From a virus (lineage: Duplodnaviria; Caudoviricetes), in IMG/VR virus record IMGVR_UViG_3300043423_000073, positions 32,001 to 96,000 of that record: 64,000 nt of DNA; one strand, 5' to 3'. The first letter of the stretch is position 1. Each line of letters begins with the position of its first letter. The translations under genes were made by a program, and so were the position numbers. Under the pieces are notes generated by a model, which was not told where the DNA came from, did not search any database, and was given only the letters and a program-made list of their open reading frames with translations. This document shows, piece after piece, positions 62,953-64,000 of the stretch.

Positions 62953-63837
62953 ATGCCGAAACAAATCGCCCGTGCCGCCGCCGCAAAACGCAACGTCGTT
63001 CGCAAAGCTCCTGCCCGAACCGCCAAAGCTGCTCCCACCCGCGCCGCCAAGGCCAAGCCCGCTGCCAAGGCAGTTCGTCAAAAGACTGTTGTGTCCGCAG
63101 GCATTCAAGTGGCCCTCCAGACCATCTTGACCGTCACCGCAAACAAGTTGGTCAACAAGGGCAACTACTACCTGGCCGACGGTCAGGTGATTCTGAAAAG
63201 CAGCATCCAGTACCAAGTGGGCAACACCATTGGCTATCACGCCACTGTCATCTTGGGTACCACAGAAAACATTGACACCAAAGACGGCGTCATTGTCTTC
63301 AAGACTGAAGACGGCACCCCCGTCATTGTGCGTGAAGCCGCCGCCTTGGTGACTGTCCACGGTGCCGCCGCTCCTGCTGAGGCGCCGGAGGAAGATGACG
63401 AGGACGACGAAGAAGCTGATGCCGACATGGAAGACGAAGACGACGAGGACGAAGCGCCCGCCAAGTCCAAGTCCAAGGCCAAAGCCAAGAAGAAACCAGT
63501 CGTTGCCGACGATGAGGACGATGAGGACGAAGACGAAGACGAAGACGATGAAGAAGAGGGTGACGACGAGTTCGGCGACGACGACGAGGACGAAGCGCCC
63601 GTCAAGTCGAAGGCCAAGGCCAAGAAGAAGCCAGTCGTGACAGATGACGACGAGGACGAAGACGACGAGGACGAGGACGACGAGTTCGGCGACGACGAGG
63701 AAGAGGACGAAGAGCCTGCTCCCAAAAAGAAGAAGCCGGTCGCCAAGAAAGGCAAGAAGCCTGCCGCGGACGACGAGGACGATGAAGACGACGAAGGTGA
63801 GGACGAGGACGAGGACGACGAGTTCGACTTCAACTGA
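62953..63837 (+). CDS. charge-block protein (basic N-terminus, alternating D/E and K tracts)
   Basis: Start ATG 62953 downstream of ACTGTAAATA (62870-62879); low-complexity acidic/basic C-terminal half. Confidence 0.85.
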   Translation: MPKQIARAAAAKRNVVRKAPARTAKAAPTRAAKAKPAAKAVRQKTVVSAGIQVALQTILTVTANKLVNKGNYYLADGQVILKSSIQYQVGNTIGYHATVILGTTENIDTKDGVIVFKTEDGTPVIVREAAALVTVHGAAAPAEAPEEDDEDDEEADADMEDEDDEDEAPAKSKSKAKAKKKPVVADDEDDEDEDEDEDDEEEGDDEFGDDDEDEAPVKSKAKAKKKPVVTDDDEDEDDEDEDDEFGDDEEEDEEPAPKKKKPVAKKGKKPAADDEDDEDDEGEDEDEDDEFDFN

Positions 63838-63851
63838 TCGATTGACGTAGA

Positions 63852-63883
63852 AAGATGGGGCAAGCTTGCCCCATCTTCTGTTT
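63852..63883 (+). terminator. putative intrinsic terminator
   Basis: Palindrome AAGATGGGGCAAG/CTTGCCCCATCTT followed by CTGTTT. Confidence 0.7.
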
Positions 63884-63896
63884 AGGAGTCTCGATC

Positions 63897-64000
63897 ATGA
63901 GTCAAATTGACTATCTTGGGCTTTACAGCGAAAAGTGTTTACGTTGCGCTCACCTTGTCGAAGGCGCAACAAAAAAGTACAAGCAGTGCTTCACTGACCG
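63897..64000 (+). CDS. hypothetical protein (partial)
   Basis: AGGAG then ATG 63897 MSQIDYLGLYSEKCLRC..., open to the window edge. Confidence 0.6.
   Translation, partial: MSQIDYLGLYSEKCLRCAHLVEGATKKYKQCFTD

Overview
This 64-kb window comes from a large (jumbo-type) tailed myophage. It is densely coded, with no rRNA, CRISPR array, integrase or canonical tRNA that I can see. 1-29.3 kb (minus strand, TAATTTTATG promoters) is the virion module: tail tube, sheath, major capsid, scaffold, prohead protease, neck proteins and a 1.6-kaa SNF2 ATPase. Accessory genes are interleaved (SprT-like protease, Nudix, three GNAT-like proteins, an Acb1-like 2H phosphoesterase, topoisomerase IB, a Dam-like MTase, a Hef-like endonuclease), and many share an N-terminal MKLxAxxRLxA leader. 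29.3-44 kb (minus strand) holds nucleotide metabolism and replication genes: a DHFR-Tmk fusion, ThyA, a QueC-less 7-deazaguanine cluster (queD-queE-ORF-folE-dpdA-dpdL-like) coupled to a glycosyltransferase, primase, family A polymerase and an SbcD-like nuclease. 44-64 kb (plus strand) holds an SF2 helicase-like/GIY-YIG pair sharing a C-terminal domain next to a nested inverted-repeat element (origin candidate), a Dda-like helicase, an RNA-gene island, an NAD-dependent ligase and repeat-rich early genes. The RNA island has a 115-nt stem RNA, a ~790-nt ornate pseudoknotted RNA and a circularly permuted two-piece tmRNA with a non-canonical tag. The most novel candidates are the RNA island, the glycosyltransferase-linked deazaguanine pathway and the leader-tagged packaged effector set. 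Phage family (RSL1/Lu11/PaBG-like layout) and host (Burkholderiales-like Tmk/ThyA) are inferences from recalled similarity; no searches were run.
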